Source of the DNA: Lytechinus pictus
Lineage: Eukaryota
Assembly: GCF_037042905.1 (NCBI RefSeq)
Contig: NC_087251.1
Span: forward strand, 46,502,001-46,562,000
Direction: 5' to 3'
DNA length: 60,000 nucleotides
Shown here: in pieces, positions 1 through 13,040 of the stretch
Position numbering within the stretch: the first letter of the stretch is position 1
Layout of the letters: the number at the start of each line of letters is the position of its first letter
Made by a program: the position numbers and the translations under genes
The notes under the pieces: generated by a model
The model's input: only the letters and a program-made list of their open reading frames with translations
Told to the model about the DNA's origin: nothing
Databases searched by the model: none

Positions 1-217
1 ATAAATCACTAACAGTAGAGATATCATACTTCAGCTTATTTGGCTCTCAAATCATTCATAATTGTCAAGGAAGTATATATAGATGATTGTCTTCACCATT
101 GATGGATCAGGAAAGAGCACAGTAAACATAAGAAACATACAACTTAATAAAAATTTTGATACTTTTGGCTTCCCATACTTAAACCACAACTTTAAACCTG
201 TTATCAGAATACGGGCC
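1..217. mobile_element. Right end of a MITE, same family as 8517-9220
   Basis: Ends in TCAGAATACGGGCC; internal similarity to 9060-9220. Confidence 0.6.
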
Positions 218-480
218 ATTGAGTTTGAACTAGCACGTCCGAAGCTTTTATATGATATACAATTTGTCTAAGTTGATCAACAATAACCCTCACAAATGTA
301 GACGCAATGGGAAGCTGATGACCCCTTACATATTGCTGGTCTTGAGAACAAGATTAATATGTTTGGCCTTCTGTTGGCGACACTTGGGACTTACTATATT
401 ATGGTAGCTACCGTATTGATAGAGCTAGCCAATGCGTTTATGGTTACCATAATTGTAAGTCTGCAAGGAATATGGCACCT

Positions 481-640
481 GGGCCCGTTGCATAAAAGTT
501 ACTATTATGGTGTAACTTTGCCATCTAATGGTAACTAGTATGGTAATGATGATCAACAGCCAATCAGAATCAAGGATTCCATGCAAGTTACCATTGGATG
601 GCAAAGTTACCATAATGGTAACTTTTATGCAACAGGGCTC
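481..640. mobile_element. Palindromic MITE
   Basis: GGGCCCGTTGCATAAAAGTTACTATTATGG...ACTTTGCCATC pairs with GATGGCAAAGTTACCATAATGGTAACTTTTATGCAACAGGGCTC; related copy at about 43424-43568. Confidence 0.7.
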
Positions 641-717
641 AAATACGCCCTTGCATTCTCCAGTACTTTAAGCATAAATAACTATGGTAATATTTTCTTA
701 CTTCGGCTGCAGGCAAT

Positions 718-880
718 GGCATGTGGCCAATCAAGGGCCAGTCAGATGATACGTAGATCTAAGGGGGCCTTCTCTACCACAGAAGTCCGGGGTCTGATTC
801 CCAGCATGGCCCATGAGCAAGGAAGTTTATCTACATTGCTCTTTTATCTTGCATCAAGTAAATGCAAAATGCTATGTGCA
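718..880 (+). mobile_element. Highly decayed tRNA-derived SINE
   Basis: Remnant GATTCCCAGC...GAGCAAGGAAGTTTATCTACATTG resembles the core of the SINE at 29487. Confidence 0.4.
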
Positions 881-3803
881 GTATTGATACCAATCTGTGC
901 ACATTTTAATAAAAAAAAATGAATTGATAAAATGAATGATTCATAATTACCACCGAGTCAGATGACATAATACTTCAGCAGTAATAAATGTCAATGTGGT
1001 TTGCTCTGCTCCTTAGGTATTTGCCGGATCTTCGAAGAGCATCTTAAAACGTGTCATCCGAGTAGTCCATCAATCACATATGATATCAGCGAGCTGTTTG
1101 AATTCATCGATAACATGACAGATATTTCATGCCTGGTGTAAGTAGACTGATATTGATGTACGTCTGGAAATTTTTTTTTTTGTGAATGCTGCAGCTGTTG
1201 CTTTTCAGAAATTTTAGCTAGAAAAAAATTTATCATTTCGGCTTAAAATAATTTAATTTGTGTTAACTTGTCCAAAGGACCTATTTAATCCAAAATAGTC
1301 CCTGGGATGGTGACCAAAATTTACATGATTGTAGAAAATTATGTAATCTACAGGAAATGCGTGAAATTTAAATTTGGCTGTAAATCTGTTCTAATTTATG
1401 AACTGCTCATTTTAGATTGAAAATAAAAGATTGGTTGTTTTCTTATAATATTGTTGGGCTATGACTAGGTCATATTTATACAAAATCAAGTCTTCATATC
1501 TCATTTGAAGCAGAATGTTTTTCTGATCAATATAAGACAAGTTTGAAGAAAATCGGTTGAAAAAATTGGTCTGTTTTGGCAAAAAAAAATTAGGGGGCGT
1601 GGCCTAAAAATGTTGACTTGTTGTGTGTGGAGAACGGAAGAAGTCCTTTAGAGCTGATATTTCAAAAACCAAGTTTATATATTTCATTTGAAGCAGGTTA
1701 TTTTTCTAATCACCGTTTGCCCCCAAAACGCTGAATTATCTTCTGTTGATGGTAAAAGTCCTTTTATTGAGCTGATTCGGTGTCTATTTCTTTGCTAACT
1801 ATCCTGATTGGCATTATCAAAAAATGATTAAAATATTTATCCCCCACTTCATTAAATTTCGTACTTGAATTGAAACCACTGCGTTTTATACCAGGTCACT
1901 TCCTGACTTGTTTATCTTTACTTGCACATCTTTTGACACCAAACATACATGGACACCAGATTTAGTTCAACAGATGAGGACACCGCATTTTTAGACCACA
2001 ACCCCTCAAAAGTCATTTTTTGCTCGTGCTGTCCCATTTTTTTACCTAATTTTTTTTTCAATATGTCGTATTGATCAGGACAAATAACACTTCATTTGTA
2101 CTCCTCTATATACATGTAGCCCATCTCTACTGCTCCCCCTTTTTTCTGTATAAATTGTTGGCAATACATCTCTTTTAGCAATATTTTGCAAAAGCCCTGT
2201 GTAAATCATGTAAGCACCAATAGAATTCCCTTGGAAATCAACAATAGTGTTTGTGTTTTTCCAGCTTAGACATTAAGTGGTTATTTTTTCATAAATTTAG
2301 GATCTCTTAATAGGAGTATAAAGGCGAGCAATTTTGCTCATTACTTCTTAAATATGACGTGGTGAATTAATTATTCCCTTTTTTTTGTTCTAAATCATCA
2401 GTCTGGACACAGAGACGAAATGCAACTACGTACCAAAGAACAAATTATGGATCAAGGAGAAGATATATGTAACGCTAAGCAAAGAAGCAGCCAAGTAGCA
2501 TAGCTAAAAACATCTTCATCATGCTGCCTTTCTTCATGTTTGTAAATATCTGTATATATGTACAGGTTTGTAGAAGCAAAACAGAGCATGTTAGCGTAAA
2601 GGTCACCGCACAACTTACGGTCCGCAACCCGATTTTGGAATAAGACGTAAAATTTGATGCGACTATTGAGACATCTTACTGCGTGAAATTCTAAATCATT
2701 GTACGAATACATGTTCAAATCTGTGAATTGAATATCTCCTTGTATTCATGTCATGGCATCAATTTATCTTTTACTCCAAAATAATGGCTTTGAACCTCAA
2801 ACAAAAAGATATATTTTATTCAAATTTTCAAGAAGCAATTTGTTCCAAAAATCGGATCGTTGAACCAGTTGTAAAGTGTGTGAAAGCCTTTAGTGAACTG
2901 AGATGTATTCTTCATGAAAAGATGTTACACAGTCTGAAAATAGATGTAAAATAGTGTTAAACTCGCAGCCCAAATTATTAGGCCTATTATTACATGATTT
3001 TAATATGGTTTTCTTTAGATGAATAATGACAAGTTTCTTAAGTACATGTCGAATAGCTTATTCAACTAAGGAGCAAATGTGATAAATTGTAACATTCCCT
3101 TGAGTTTTCTGGATCAGATGTTAATTCTATTTTTAACATGAACATCATACCCCATAAGTCTTTACCAAGATTAAATAATCGTTAGAGATGATTTGTTCAC
3201 CCTACAATTTAATAATAAGATTAGATGACATATGTACAAGTAGGTAAGTAGGACATCAAATTTTAATGAGGATAAAATAATAAATATATATATAAATTTT
3301 AGAGCAAATTGTACAATTTTGCAAAACATAATGGGTAGGAGGCACAAAAATGAGTTTTTCCTGGAATTCCTTGTTCTCAATCATAGAATGGGCTGAAAAC
3401 AGGGTTGGAAATCATTCTTTTTCCCCCTCTACATTTGGGGCATTTCTTTAATTTTAAGGGTGACTTTTTAATGGTAACAAGCAATCATGCAGTAAAAGCA
3501 AATATCATTATTTTGCCATAAGTTAGAATATTGATTTTCTGAATATTGTTTACGACAGATCTTGAGGCGACCCGAGAAGGAAAGGTCACCCCACATGCTT
3601 TTGTGGGGCAAAATCACTGTCGCCCTCGTGTGTCTCCTACGCTGGCTTTAAATTTCCTTTAGTGTGTTTCTATTTTTTGTAGGAATTTAAGAATGTTCCC
3701 ATTTCTTTGTTGTTGGGGTTGAGGAAAACAAGTGTAGTGACAGTGTGCTTCTACCTGGGTATTGATAAAGCTGTGAAGAAGTGGTAATGGAAAATTACTA
3801 CTA

Positions 3804-4048
3804 TGCTTTTCACACTTCACTTTTTTTCCCTTAACCCCGGGAAATTGGTGGGGCTAAGGGGGGGTCTTAGCCCCACCAATTTCCTGGGGTTAAGCTTAGC
3901 CCACTTCGTTTTTACACTACATTTTAGCAAAGTGGGCTAGCACGGTAAATAGTACGGTACTATCTGGCCCTGCAAAAAAGCAGGGTTAGCCAGCTTATTG
4001 TGGTGCTAGCACCACAATTGCGGTGCTAAGAGATGCAGTGTGAAAACG
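3804..4048. mobile_element. MITE-like element with an internal 28-bp hairpin
   Basis: Ends TTTTCACACT / AGTGTGAAAA; internal arms 3831-3858 and 3866-3893 match at 27/28. Confidence 0.55.
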
Positions 4049-7000
4049 AAATATGTGTATCATTATTTCCACAGTGGGCCCTGTATTCAGTAAGAGAAGC
4101 AAAAGATTATTGTGACATCACTAAAATAAAGCCTTGTTTGTGGTAGCATGCTAGTCAATTATTTTGGTTTAATTAGAATTGAATACTGGACCCAGGTGCT
4201 GTATTAGTTCTCTGCACATTAAGAACATGGTTTGTTAGTCGATTATGAGAGTTGTGAAAGTATGGTGATCATCAAAGAATAAGGATGAATTGTTTGTAAT
4301 TGTTAGATTTTCTTAACTTTTATCATGGGAAAATCATAATATATATGTTTAAGTCAGGAAGTACATGTAGTCTACACAAAAAGGAATTTCGAAGTTTATT
4401 TTCAAACTTCCTCCTCTCTTTTTTGTAAGGTAGTTGTTAAGAATGGTTTTGAAATTGAGATTAAGTTCCATTGTACCTCTGATTTTGATAATTAAATGCT
4501 CATGTAAAGCAATAGACATTGACTTGTATTATTTCATGGATGAACTTCAAAGCGAAATGAAATCCCTTAATCTCATGCATGTCAGAAGAAGCAGTAAGCT
4601 CTCAATGAAACTTTCACCTACTTCAATATTCTTCTGTTGGGCATGAAGATTTTGGGGTTTCAGTTAAAATGGAAAACAAAATGAATAAACATAAAGATGA
4701 ATTTTAAAATCAAACATGTACATATGTATTTGACCAAGGCATACAAAAAGCAAATGTAAAGTTATAGTCGATTTCAATAATTCAATCAGTGTTGAACAAT
4801 AAATGTCAACAAATGAACAGCTCAAAATAAGGCTGTAATTTCAGAACAAATATGGGAATGTGGAAGTACCAAAAAAAAATAAGAAAGAGCTTGATTTTAC
4901 AACTGCGTTTCCACTTTCCCATATTTGTTCTATACATACAGCTTCTTACAACATTGATAATTTCATGAAAATGAGGGAGCTGATGAACTTACAATATTGG
5001 ATGAAGATCATTGATTCCATCATATGAATTCTCCTCAATATCACTTTTGGATGGAGAAGGCAAAACTTATGGGATGGTATTCTTATAATCAAACCTAGGT
5101 TTAAATCCAGTCTAAAGTAGCATTTAAAACACACTTCTATGGAATGATGGGCTTCATAATATTTCTTCCATATTCATGGCAATTAAAAAATACCAAATAA
5201 TTCATCAAAATTCATTATTTTCCTATTCTCCCCATTTTTTTGATAACTTTTTTACAGCAGGATAAGAATAACTTTTAATTGGTGAGTGAGTTGACAACTG
5301 GCATTCCATAAAAGTGTGGTATGAGTCTACACAGATTTAACTAAACCAAGGCTACCAGAATACCATCCATGGAGTACTAGCAAGTAACTTGCATTCAATA
5401 TCAAACATCAGTCCCCTGATTCAAATTTGTAGTCTATTGGGGCCATTCTTGGTCAAGTCAAGTGTGTAACCAAAATGATGACATCTTGACTTCCATTAGT
5501 TATAAATCTAAAAATGTTACAGATTTGTAACTAATAAATGATGATTTTGAAAGTTTCATTTCATCTTGAAATTCACGGGAATTTTAGAATGAAATTAAAC
5601 TTTCAAAATCATGCTTCTGTGTGCAGTCAAACATGTGACCCACTTCTTTTGACCTCTGACCTTGAACTTACTAATTTGAGACAACAAAAATATATATCCA
5701 ACTGATAGCTGACTTAACATGATAATGTTGTTACATAACCTTTGAATGAATACATCTCTGACATTTTCAGATTTTATAACTAATAAAAGGCAGGATTTGT
5801 CATAATTTCGGTCACACACATGACCAAGAACGGCCCATTAGTGTTCGTGTCTTGATGCACCGTTACTCTCGAACTGCAATTGTAAGTAACGTGTTGGGGT
5901 GAACTAGCACTTATACAATAAATATATTTGGGTCATTTCATAAAAATGGCAAATTCCCTGGATTTATCACTCTAAATTGATCAGGATATTCACAAATCAA
6001 TAAATTGCATGAAATCACATCAATAGCACACATTGTATCAAAACCCGAACATATGCTTCTATCACAGTATGCACAAAACCAGACAAGTTTCCTTGACTTT
6101 GCATTTAGCTACTTAATCAATCAAGCTCATTACTACTGAAAAGAAAATGGAAGAGTAGATTATATCTAAACAGAAAATGCATTAAAAAAAATGGAAACTG
6201 TAAAGTTACATAATCAGGAAGGGGGAAAATATTTTCAGACCAGAATAAGCAATCCATGCTTTGTTAAACATGTGGTTACCTTTTTTCATAAGGGTCACAC
6301 TTTAGAAAGAGAATGATTTATCTTCACTAAGTAAAACCTGTGAAAGCATAATCTGTAATTGGTCATATTGCTGGTGCCATCGTCTCAACAATACTCTGAA
6401 ATGCAATTCAAATTAGTAATCATTTAGGACGTTTCAGTGCAAAAGCCAACGTTATCTGAGCCTTTCACAGGTACAAGTAGACTTCTTTTCATTGGATTTG
6501 TACATGAAATCACGTCTGCGTGCAATTTTGGGTCTGACAAAATGTTAGGAACTTCGGCACCATGTACCTGGGCGTCCCGATTTTGGTTTACACGAGACTT
6601 TTTACAAAGCTTCAGTAGGGCTGTGCAAATCGCCAATGGAGGATCTTGTCAATATTAAGATACCTCTATTGTCTTACACATGTCAAAAGTTACTTTAAGT
6701 ACCGTTGCAATCAATTGAAAACATTTCACTTCAGATTTTACAAGTTCACATAGGCAAATCATTGTAACTTGAAGTTAGTGAATAAACTGCAAAATTATCT
6801 ACATCAAGTTTAGATGAATAAAATTGTTTAAAATGCTCAAGAAAGTTTTGATTTTGTAGCATAACTCAATGGTGTGAATACCTATACAATTCTTGATTTG
6901 CTTATCAGAGGTAGAAACATTCAATTCCTCAAGAAAATAATAATCTTTCATAAAATTACACACTATTTTACTTCTTTACTCTTCACATACACATATTAGT

Positions 7001-7327
7001 GAAATCATTGGAAAAGAAATATTTCAGAATGTTTCTACTGAGCCTGCTAAAAAACAGGCTATACAGTATTGCAAGCACATGAAACCATGTCAAAATTACA
7101 ATTTGAAGCAAGATATTTCATCCAATTAAAAATAAACAAAAATCTAGTGTGGGACAATTATAAGAAGTTCGTAATCATCATAGAAAATTTCTTATGTACA
7201 TATAAAAATTTGCAATTTAATTGTTTTGTTTTACTAATTAACACACATTTTCCTGCATATATGGTCGTTCAGGAAAAAAATGCATTTTTGTACACATGGT
7301 GGGTTCATTGCGAGTAAAGAAGATTTA

Positions 7328-7488
7328 TACCTCTGTCACATTTGTTCTACGGCGACCGTACCGCAAATCGAAACGGCCGTTTTATTAATTCTAATTCAAA
7401 CCATCGATATGTAGCTGGTACCAAAAATGTTAAAACGGCTGTTTTTGACTCGCCGTACGGCCGCCGTAGAGCAAATGTGACCGAGGTA
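7328..7488. mobile_element. PIF/Harbinger-like MITE (161 bp)
   Basis: TIRs TACCTCTGTCACATTTGTTCTACGGCG / CGCCGTAGAGCAAATGTGACCGAGGTA; TTA on both sides. Confidence 0.8.
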
Positions 7489-8516
7489 TTAAACAGACGT
7501 CTTGAGATATTAGCAAGGCTATCACAACATGGTGAGAACCGTTATCTTGCCAAATCGACTTGTATGTCATCACAGCCAGTTACATTATTAATAGCGCGTT
7601 TTCAAAGTCTTTGCCGAGGGTTGGTGAATCAAAATGGCCGTTTCGTCCGTGACTTTGGACAAACAACATTTTTGCAATTTTCGTCAGCTCTGAAATGTTG
7701 GATGAAACAAGTGTTCTGATTCACTGACCCTAGACGAAGACCTCATTGGTTTGACTTGCATTTGCTCCATTGTATGATTCATTCTGTCCTGCGGAGCAAA
7801 AACTCAGTGTTATCTTGGTATCTCGCCATGAAGTCAATTTGGCAAGATTACTTATTTGTATCTCCCCAAGTAGGTGGCACTTTAACGCTTCTGTAAGGGG
7901 GGGGGGGGGTTAAACCAAAAACTAAAACACCAAATCAAGCACCTTATGAACAAAGAGAATGATTGAGGCAAATGTATAACGATAAGTCAATCGGTGCTTC
8001 AAACAAAACTAAAGACGAAAATCACAATTGATCAATATTTGGCAAAATAAATAAGATAAGAGAAAGAAATTGTTCCTTATTAAAAAGTCTGTAACACATA
8101 TTTTCATAAACACTTCATTTGCATAATTTTGGATGAATTTTGTTTGCATTGAAAGTAACACTTTGTAAAAGCAGAATAAACAACCCCGATAATGATGAAC
8201 AGAAATTGATGTGCAATGGAATAAAACAAGATTATACTACAAAATCATACCAATGGGGGGACCTCTTTGATTCATGCATTTCTCTCGGTCATTGAACTGA
8301 CTTCATTTCAGTAACTAAGTTTTGTGAAAGAAAGAATCATCTATTAATGATTACCACTCCCCCCACCTGGCAACTAATTTAGATAGGAAATTTGGTTTGA
8401 TAACCAAGGTTGAAGTCCCCTTTACGATCATACATAGCAGCATTTATAAATATATGCATTTACATCATCCCAATAGATCTTTACGTTGCTTTGACATGGC
8501 ATCAAAAAAGGACAAT

Positions 8517-9220
8517 GGCCCGTATTCTGAAGTCTAGTTTAACTTAAGCCCAGCGCACACTATGCGATCCAATGCGCGACGTGATTTTTTAATAAATCCC
8601 ACTTTGCATTAAATGTGAAATTTCCAAGAAGCAAAATTATTTTATTTGAAGTTCGGCATAATAAATCATAATTTTGCTTTGCGGCCAGCCCTGTGTTCGG
8701 AGTAAAGTCCAAATTGTTTTAAAATCGCAGGCGATGATGACGTCATTGCGATTTGGAATTGATTTTGCTTTTATACCTACAGGGACGCTTGAACTTGACT
8801 GACTTCCGATTTCAGTAGTCCTATCACAATTCTGATTGCTAAGATTTTATTGGTTGGAATGTTCATATCAAGTGTTATAGCGATTTCTTTGAAATTCGGC
8901 TCGCAACGAATCACATAGTGTGCGCCGGGCTTTAGCCCATGGTCCAATTCTGTGCTTGAATTATGGAAAGCGGAAATTGACCAAAGTTTGTTAACAATGT
9001 GTGTTTCTTTTGTTTACTTTCCCGTTCCCTAAGTTTTAATGGTGAAAAAAAAAACCTTTTAATAGGTATCATTTCCTAACAGTTATGAATAATTTGAGAT
9101 TCAAATGAGCTGATAAATTGAACTTGGAATGTTAGAGAATAGTTTCACAGTTGGCTTTCCATACTTTAACCACAACTATAGACCAGAGTCTACACCAAAT
9201 CCGAGATCAGAATAAGGGCC
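8517..9220. mobile_element. Host MITE (GGCCCGTATTCTGA...TCAGAATAAGGGCC) interrupted by a nested MITE
   Basis: Terminal inverted repeats; sequence resumes after the 8547-8931 insertion. Confidence 0.7.
8547..8931. mobile_element. PIF/Harbinger-like MITE, nested
   Basis: TIRs AGCCCAGCGCACACTATGCGAT / ATCACATAGTGTGCGCCGGGCT; TTA TSD; inverted related copy at 30286-30688. Confidence 0.8.
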
Positions 9221-11333
9221 TGATTGCAGTGAAAAAAAAAAAAAAAGTAGATTTTTAGCAAGTAAATATTCTAAATAAAACTGACAAATACATCCTTACA
9301 TCGCTGTCAGAAACACTCTCAAAATGGCAAGCAAATTCACAATTGTAATTAATATAAAGCAAAGTTTCTTTTCTGTATTTTAAAATACTTCATTCTGGGA
9401 TAATGCAGAATTAAATACACATTTTCTAAATTCAATATCATATATATCAAGAAATAAAATTAAAGGTCAAAATGTTTCCCTCAAGGTTGTAGTACAGAAA
9501 TAATTACTAATTTTACAATCATTGAATTGATTTCAATTAAACATCTATGTATATACACTGTACATATGTAAGGCTCTTTATCAAACATTGGAATGAAATA
9601 TTTGCATCTTTAAGATCATCATTTAAAATTAATATTCTTATCATTATCTATCAACACTACAAAAAAGGATGTGGAAGAAAATAAAGAATATGGAAGAAAG
9701 CAACTATCGTCTATGGAAAAAAACCTAATTGACTGAACATATTACATCTAATTAAAAAAAAATAAAAAAATACAATAAGAGGTTAATTCTTGCAATATTT
9801 TTAAAGTAAATGTTAAAATCCTTTTTTTTACTTTAAATATCTTTTGAAAATGATTGAAACCAATAAAGACATTTTACACAAGAAACACCCATTCGTTTAT
9901 ACTGGCGATTTCATTTCGGAATAAGATTGATTTTACTGGTGAAGACCACATAGTATTGTCTCTTGAAGGAGAAAAGATGTATAAAATCATTCATATTTAT
10001 GTCCATCTGGGGGCATTTCAGCAACATTTTTCATCCTCTTACAATTTAAACACAATTCTACTTGCCTGAATCAGATTGTTCTGTATTCTTACACAGGTTT
10101 TGAAACACTTATTCCTTGAATAGATGTTGATCTTTTCACAAGAAAACTAGGTGTTATGGTTCATTATGTGAAAGTACAGAAGGCGTTATAGAAGGAGTCT
10201 TATAGAGCACCAAGGCGATAATCATAAAAACCCTTGTTTTTTATGCATTTCTTTTTCCTATCTCAGAGGGGCAAGACATAAAACATTCGCAGCCCAAATT
10301 TAGTCGGGATTTGGTTGAACAGGGCCCAAGATATGACAACATGAATGCCTAATTAGTCCCATTGAAGTCAATGTATTATTGGCATGATTCTTAACAATTA
10401 AAATATAGCTATTCCGGATACTCATGAGGTCCTATCTGGGGCTCTGTTTAACCGATTCCCACCAAATCAAGATGGTTTGATATTTTTCATCATGCTTCTC
10501 TGATAAAGAATAGAAAAACTTGATGTCCAAACTCTCTTTTTTATGATGTCACACTTTGGTAATCGATATACCTCAAAAACATTTTTAGTACACATTAATA
10601 CATCCTACATAAGAGAGGTTTTGTCCAATGTTGAGCAGGTAGAGTCTGCATAAATCGCCTTTCCTTCCACAAGTAAAAATAATCACCTTAAATTGACAGA
10701 TATTTTTTCAAACCAGAATATGCAAAATTAGTTTCTCACTTCTTCTAAGTCGCATTTGACACTACTCAAACATATTTATGTGGTCCTCAAAAATTAGATT
10801 TGATTTATGCAGATTCTTCGGAATTTCAGAATTTGATTGGCCAATAGCTTAAAATGGCCTGCAAAGATCTGACAAGTGCAAAACAACTTTACTTGGTTGT
10901 GATTGGCCAAGATGCACAAGCGTCCCACTGTTGTCACTATGGTAACTGTCCGATTAAAACATCAGACAAGTCCTTTCATGACGTGCTTCCCGGGAGACAG
11001 AAAATGTCTGCTTCCCTCGCAGTGTCACTTCCCAGACACAAATAAAAAGATGCTGTGAGGGTTCGCAGAACACCCAGCAGAAACCAACATAGAGAGAGAA
11101 AACTGAACGCACACACAAACAAACATCCAACAAGACGGAAGAAAGATGACAGATGTTTGGAATTAAGTATCGCTAGCACTTGTTTCTTCTTCTTCTTCTT
11201 TATACATCAACTTTGTTTTGTACAGATTTTGATAGAAAAATACAAATGCTGAAAGGGGGAAGGTAAAACTGGATTGGGAATGTAAAACCCAGGGTACGAA
11301 GGCAATTTCCAGTCACTAATTATGAACGTGGTG

Positions 11334-11495
11334 TCAGTGGGCGATGTTGGACATTGAAAATTTAAAGTGTTGGGTGAGGGAACGTTGATTACACGTTTGA
11401 ACGACGAGGCCGTGTTCTTTATGGCCCTTGCTGTCCAAGCAGAGGTCCGAGTTTTGGAAGCGGAACACGCGCTTGCTGTCCGTCTGGTCCCATTT
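11334..11495 (-). CDS. GALNT2: GALNT2 terminal coding exon (162 nt incl. TGA): KWDQTDSKRVFRFQNSDLCLDSKGHKEHGLVVQTCNQRSLTQHFKFSMSNIAH*
   Basis: Acceptor ttctctctgcAG; LCLDS gamma repeat; stop TGA at 11336-11334. The frame differs from the 11207..11629 ORF in the track. Confidence 0.92.
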   Translation of the reverse strand, partial: KWDQTDSKRVFRFQNSDLCLDSKGHKEHGLVVQTCNQRSLTQHFKFSMSNIAH

Positions 11496-12193
11496 CTGCA
11501 GAGAGAAAAAGAAAAAGATAGGAGATAGGATGGGTTATTAAAAATGTCAATACATCCTAGGCCTACATCATTGGAAGCAGTGCAGTCACTTGGAACATTT
11601 GCTTTATACCAACATCCCACAGTAATCAAAATTATAACCCAATGTACATGATTACATGATCAAAACACTAAACCCTTGATTTCAAAAGACCAATAGCCGT
11701 TCACACATTAACTAATTTACACATACCAAGGGTTAACTGCATGCAACAAAGTGTATGTTGACATAAAAATTTGTGCATTAGTTTAGTAAGTTTCAAATAC
11801 AAGTGTATAGCCCAAAGAATCCCCAAGTCTAGCCTGATGATAAAGGTATTTTGATAAAAGTAGAAAAATTAAAGAGAAATATTGGTCAAAGTTTGACAAG
11901 AAAATCAATCAAAGAACATGAGAGTAGGAGAGCTACCTTTTTTCAAAGTTTTGTATTTGTGACATCACATGCGAGCTGACCCACATGGTATGTGATATAA
12001 ATTTCCCATTTTTAATGTTTTTGTCTGATGATATACTGCATGCAAATTTAAATTTTGTAAGAAAAAAGAAAATGATATCTTTTATGGATTTTCCCAAAAT
12101 CTTCACCAACTTTATATCAGGGTAAACTTCCCCTTGAAGCATCTTTGGCCAATCCCACAACCCATCCATACTATTAAAACAGTTGTATCTTAC

Positions 12194-12313
12194 CTGGTTG
12201 ACATTATGCGGCTGACAGCCTTGTAATGTAATAGGTGTTCCTGCTTTCTTTTCTGTTACTGTTAAACACAGATCTGAATGCTTTATCAATTTATCCTTTG
12301 TAAAAGAAAATTC
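12194..12313 (-). CDS. GALNT2: GALNT2 coding exon (120 nt), ricin-B beta repeat: EFSFTKDKLIKHSDLCLTVTEKKAGTPITLQGCQPHNVNQ
   Basis: Acceptor tatttgcAG, donor AACCAG|GTAAGA; KHxDLCLTV...LQGC. Confidence 0.93.
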
Positions 12314-12759
12314 CTGCAAATACAATAGAATAATAATTAAAAAAAGAGGATACCATTAATAACCATGCCATGAATAATGATCAATAAAACTGCATTTGAC
12401 TGACTATACATATGCCAAATTTAAAAAGAATATTCAAATAGATTTAATCTTTACAATTCTTGAGTTAAATAAATAACAATATGGAAGTAAAAATAGGATT
12501 ATCAATAAAATTGAATATGATAGTTTTGTCAATTTTATTGTCTTTTACATCTTTCATTCAATTCCACAAGAAGCTTTATCAAAGCCAGAATGGCCCTGTA
12601 ACATACATGTATGTCTTAGCAATTGATAATGGTGCTGATTTTTATGATCTATCAATTAACGATTGCGTACCAATAATCAATGCAATCAATCATAAAGCTA
12701 ATGATCAATTGCTAGGTGTATGATGCAGGGCCCTGATTACGCAGACGGGGGTATCTTAC

Positions 12760-12886
12760 CTGATTTCCCCCACTATTATGACAATCATAAAGACCTAGCG
12801 TTCCTTGGTGTACATGGCCCAGTGTATCCATACACATGGCACCTTGCTGTATTGAACCAAATGCCACGTCTTGTTTATCTGGCACC
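12760..12886 (-). CDS. GALNT2: GALNT2 coding exon (127 nt), ricin-B alpha repeat: (R)[42 protein letters not shown]
   Basis: Acceptor ctttctttcAG, donor AATCAG|GTAAGA; C-x-D and CHxxGGNQ lectin motifs. Confidence 0.95.
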
Positions 12887-12960
12887 CTGAAAGAAAGCAA
12901 ATTAAAGAAATACATTATATGTTACAAGAATCTATGCAGGAGGATACAATACCATTTTAA

Positions 12961-13040
12961 ATGAATGGATGGATGGATAGATGGATTGAGGATGGATGGA
13001 AGGATGGACGGATAGACAGACAGACAGATAGATAGATGGT
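12961..13040. repeat. (GGAT/AGAT/AGAC)n microsatellite
   Basis: Direct inspection. Confidence 0.85.

Noticed and set aside
4000..11333. GALNT2 3' UTR and polyadenylation site, or a convergent gene's UTR
   Set aside because: Many candidate AATAAA hexamers in AT-rich DNA; the end cannot be placed without transcript data.
11207..11629. 140-aa minus-strand ORF
   Set aside because: Overlaps the real last GALNT2 exon in a different frame.
12185..12762. Identical CAG|GTAAGATAC donors at two consecutive lectin exons
   Set aside because: Mostly splice consensus; only a few extra matching bases, compatible with chance.
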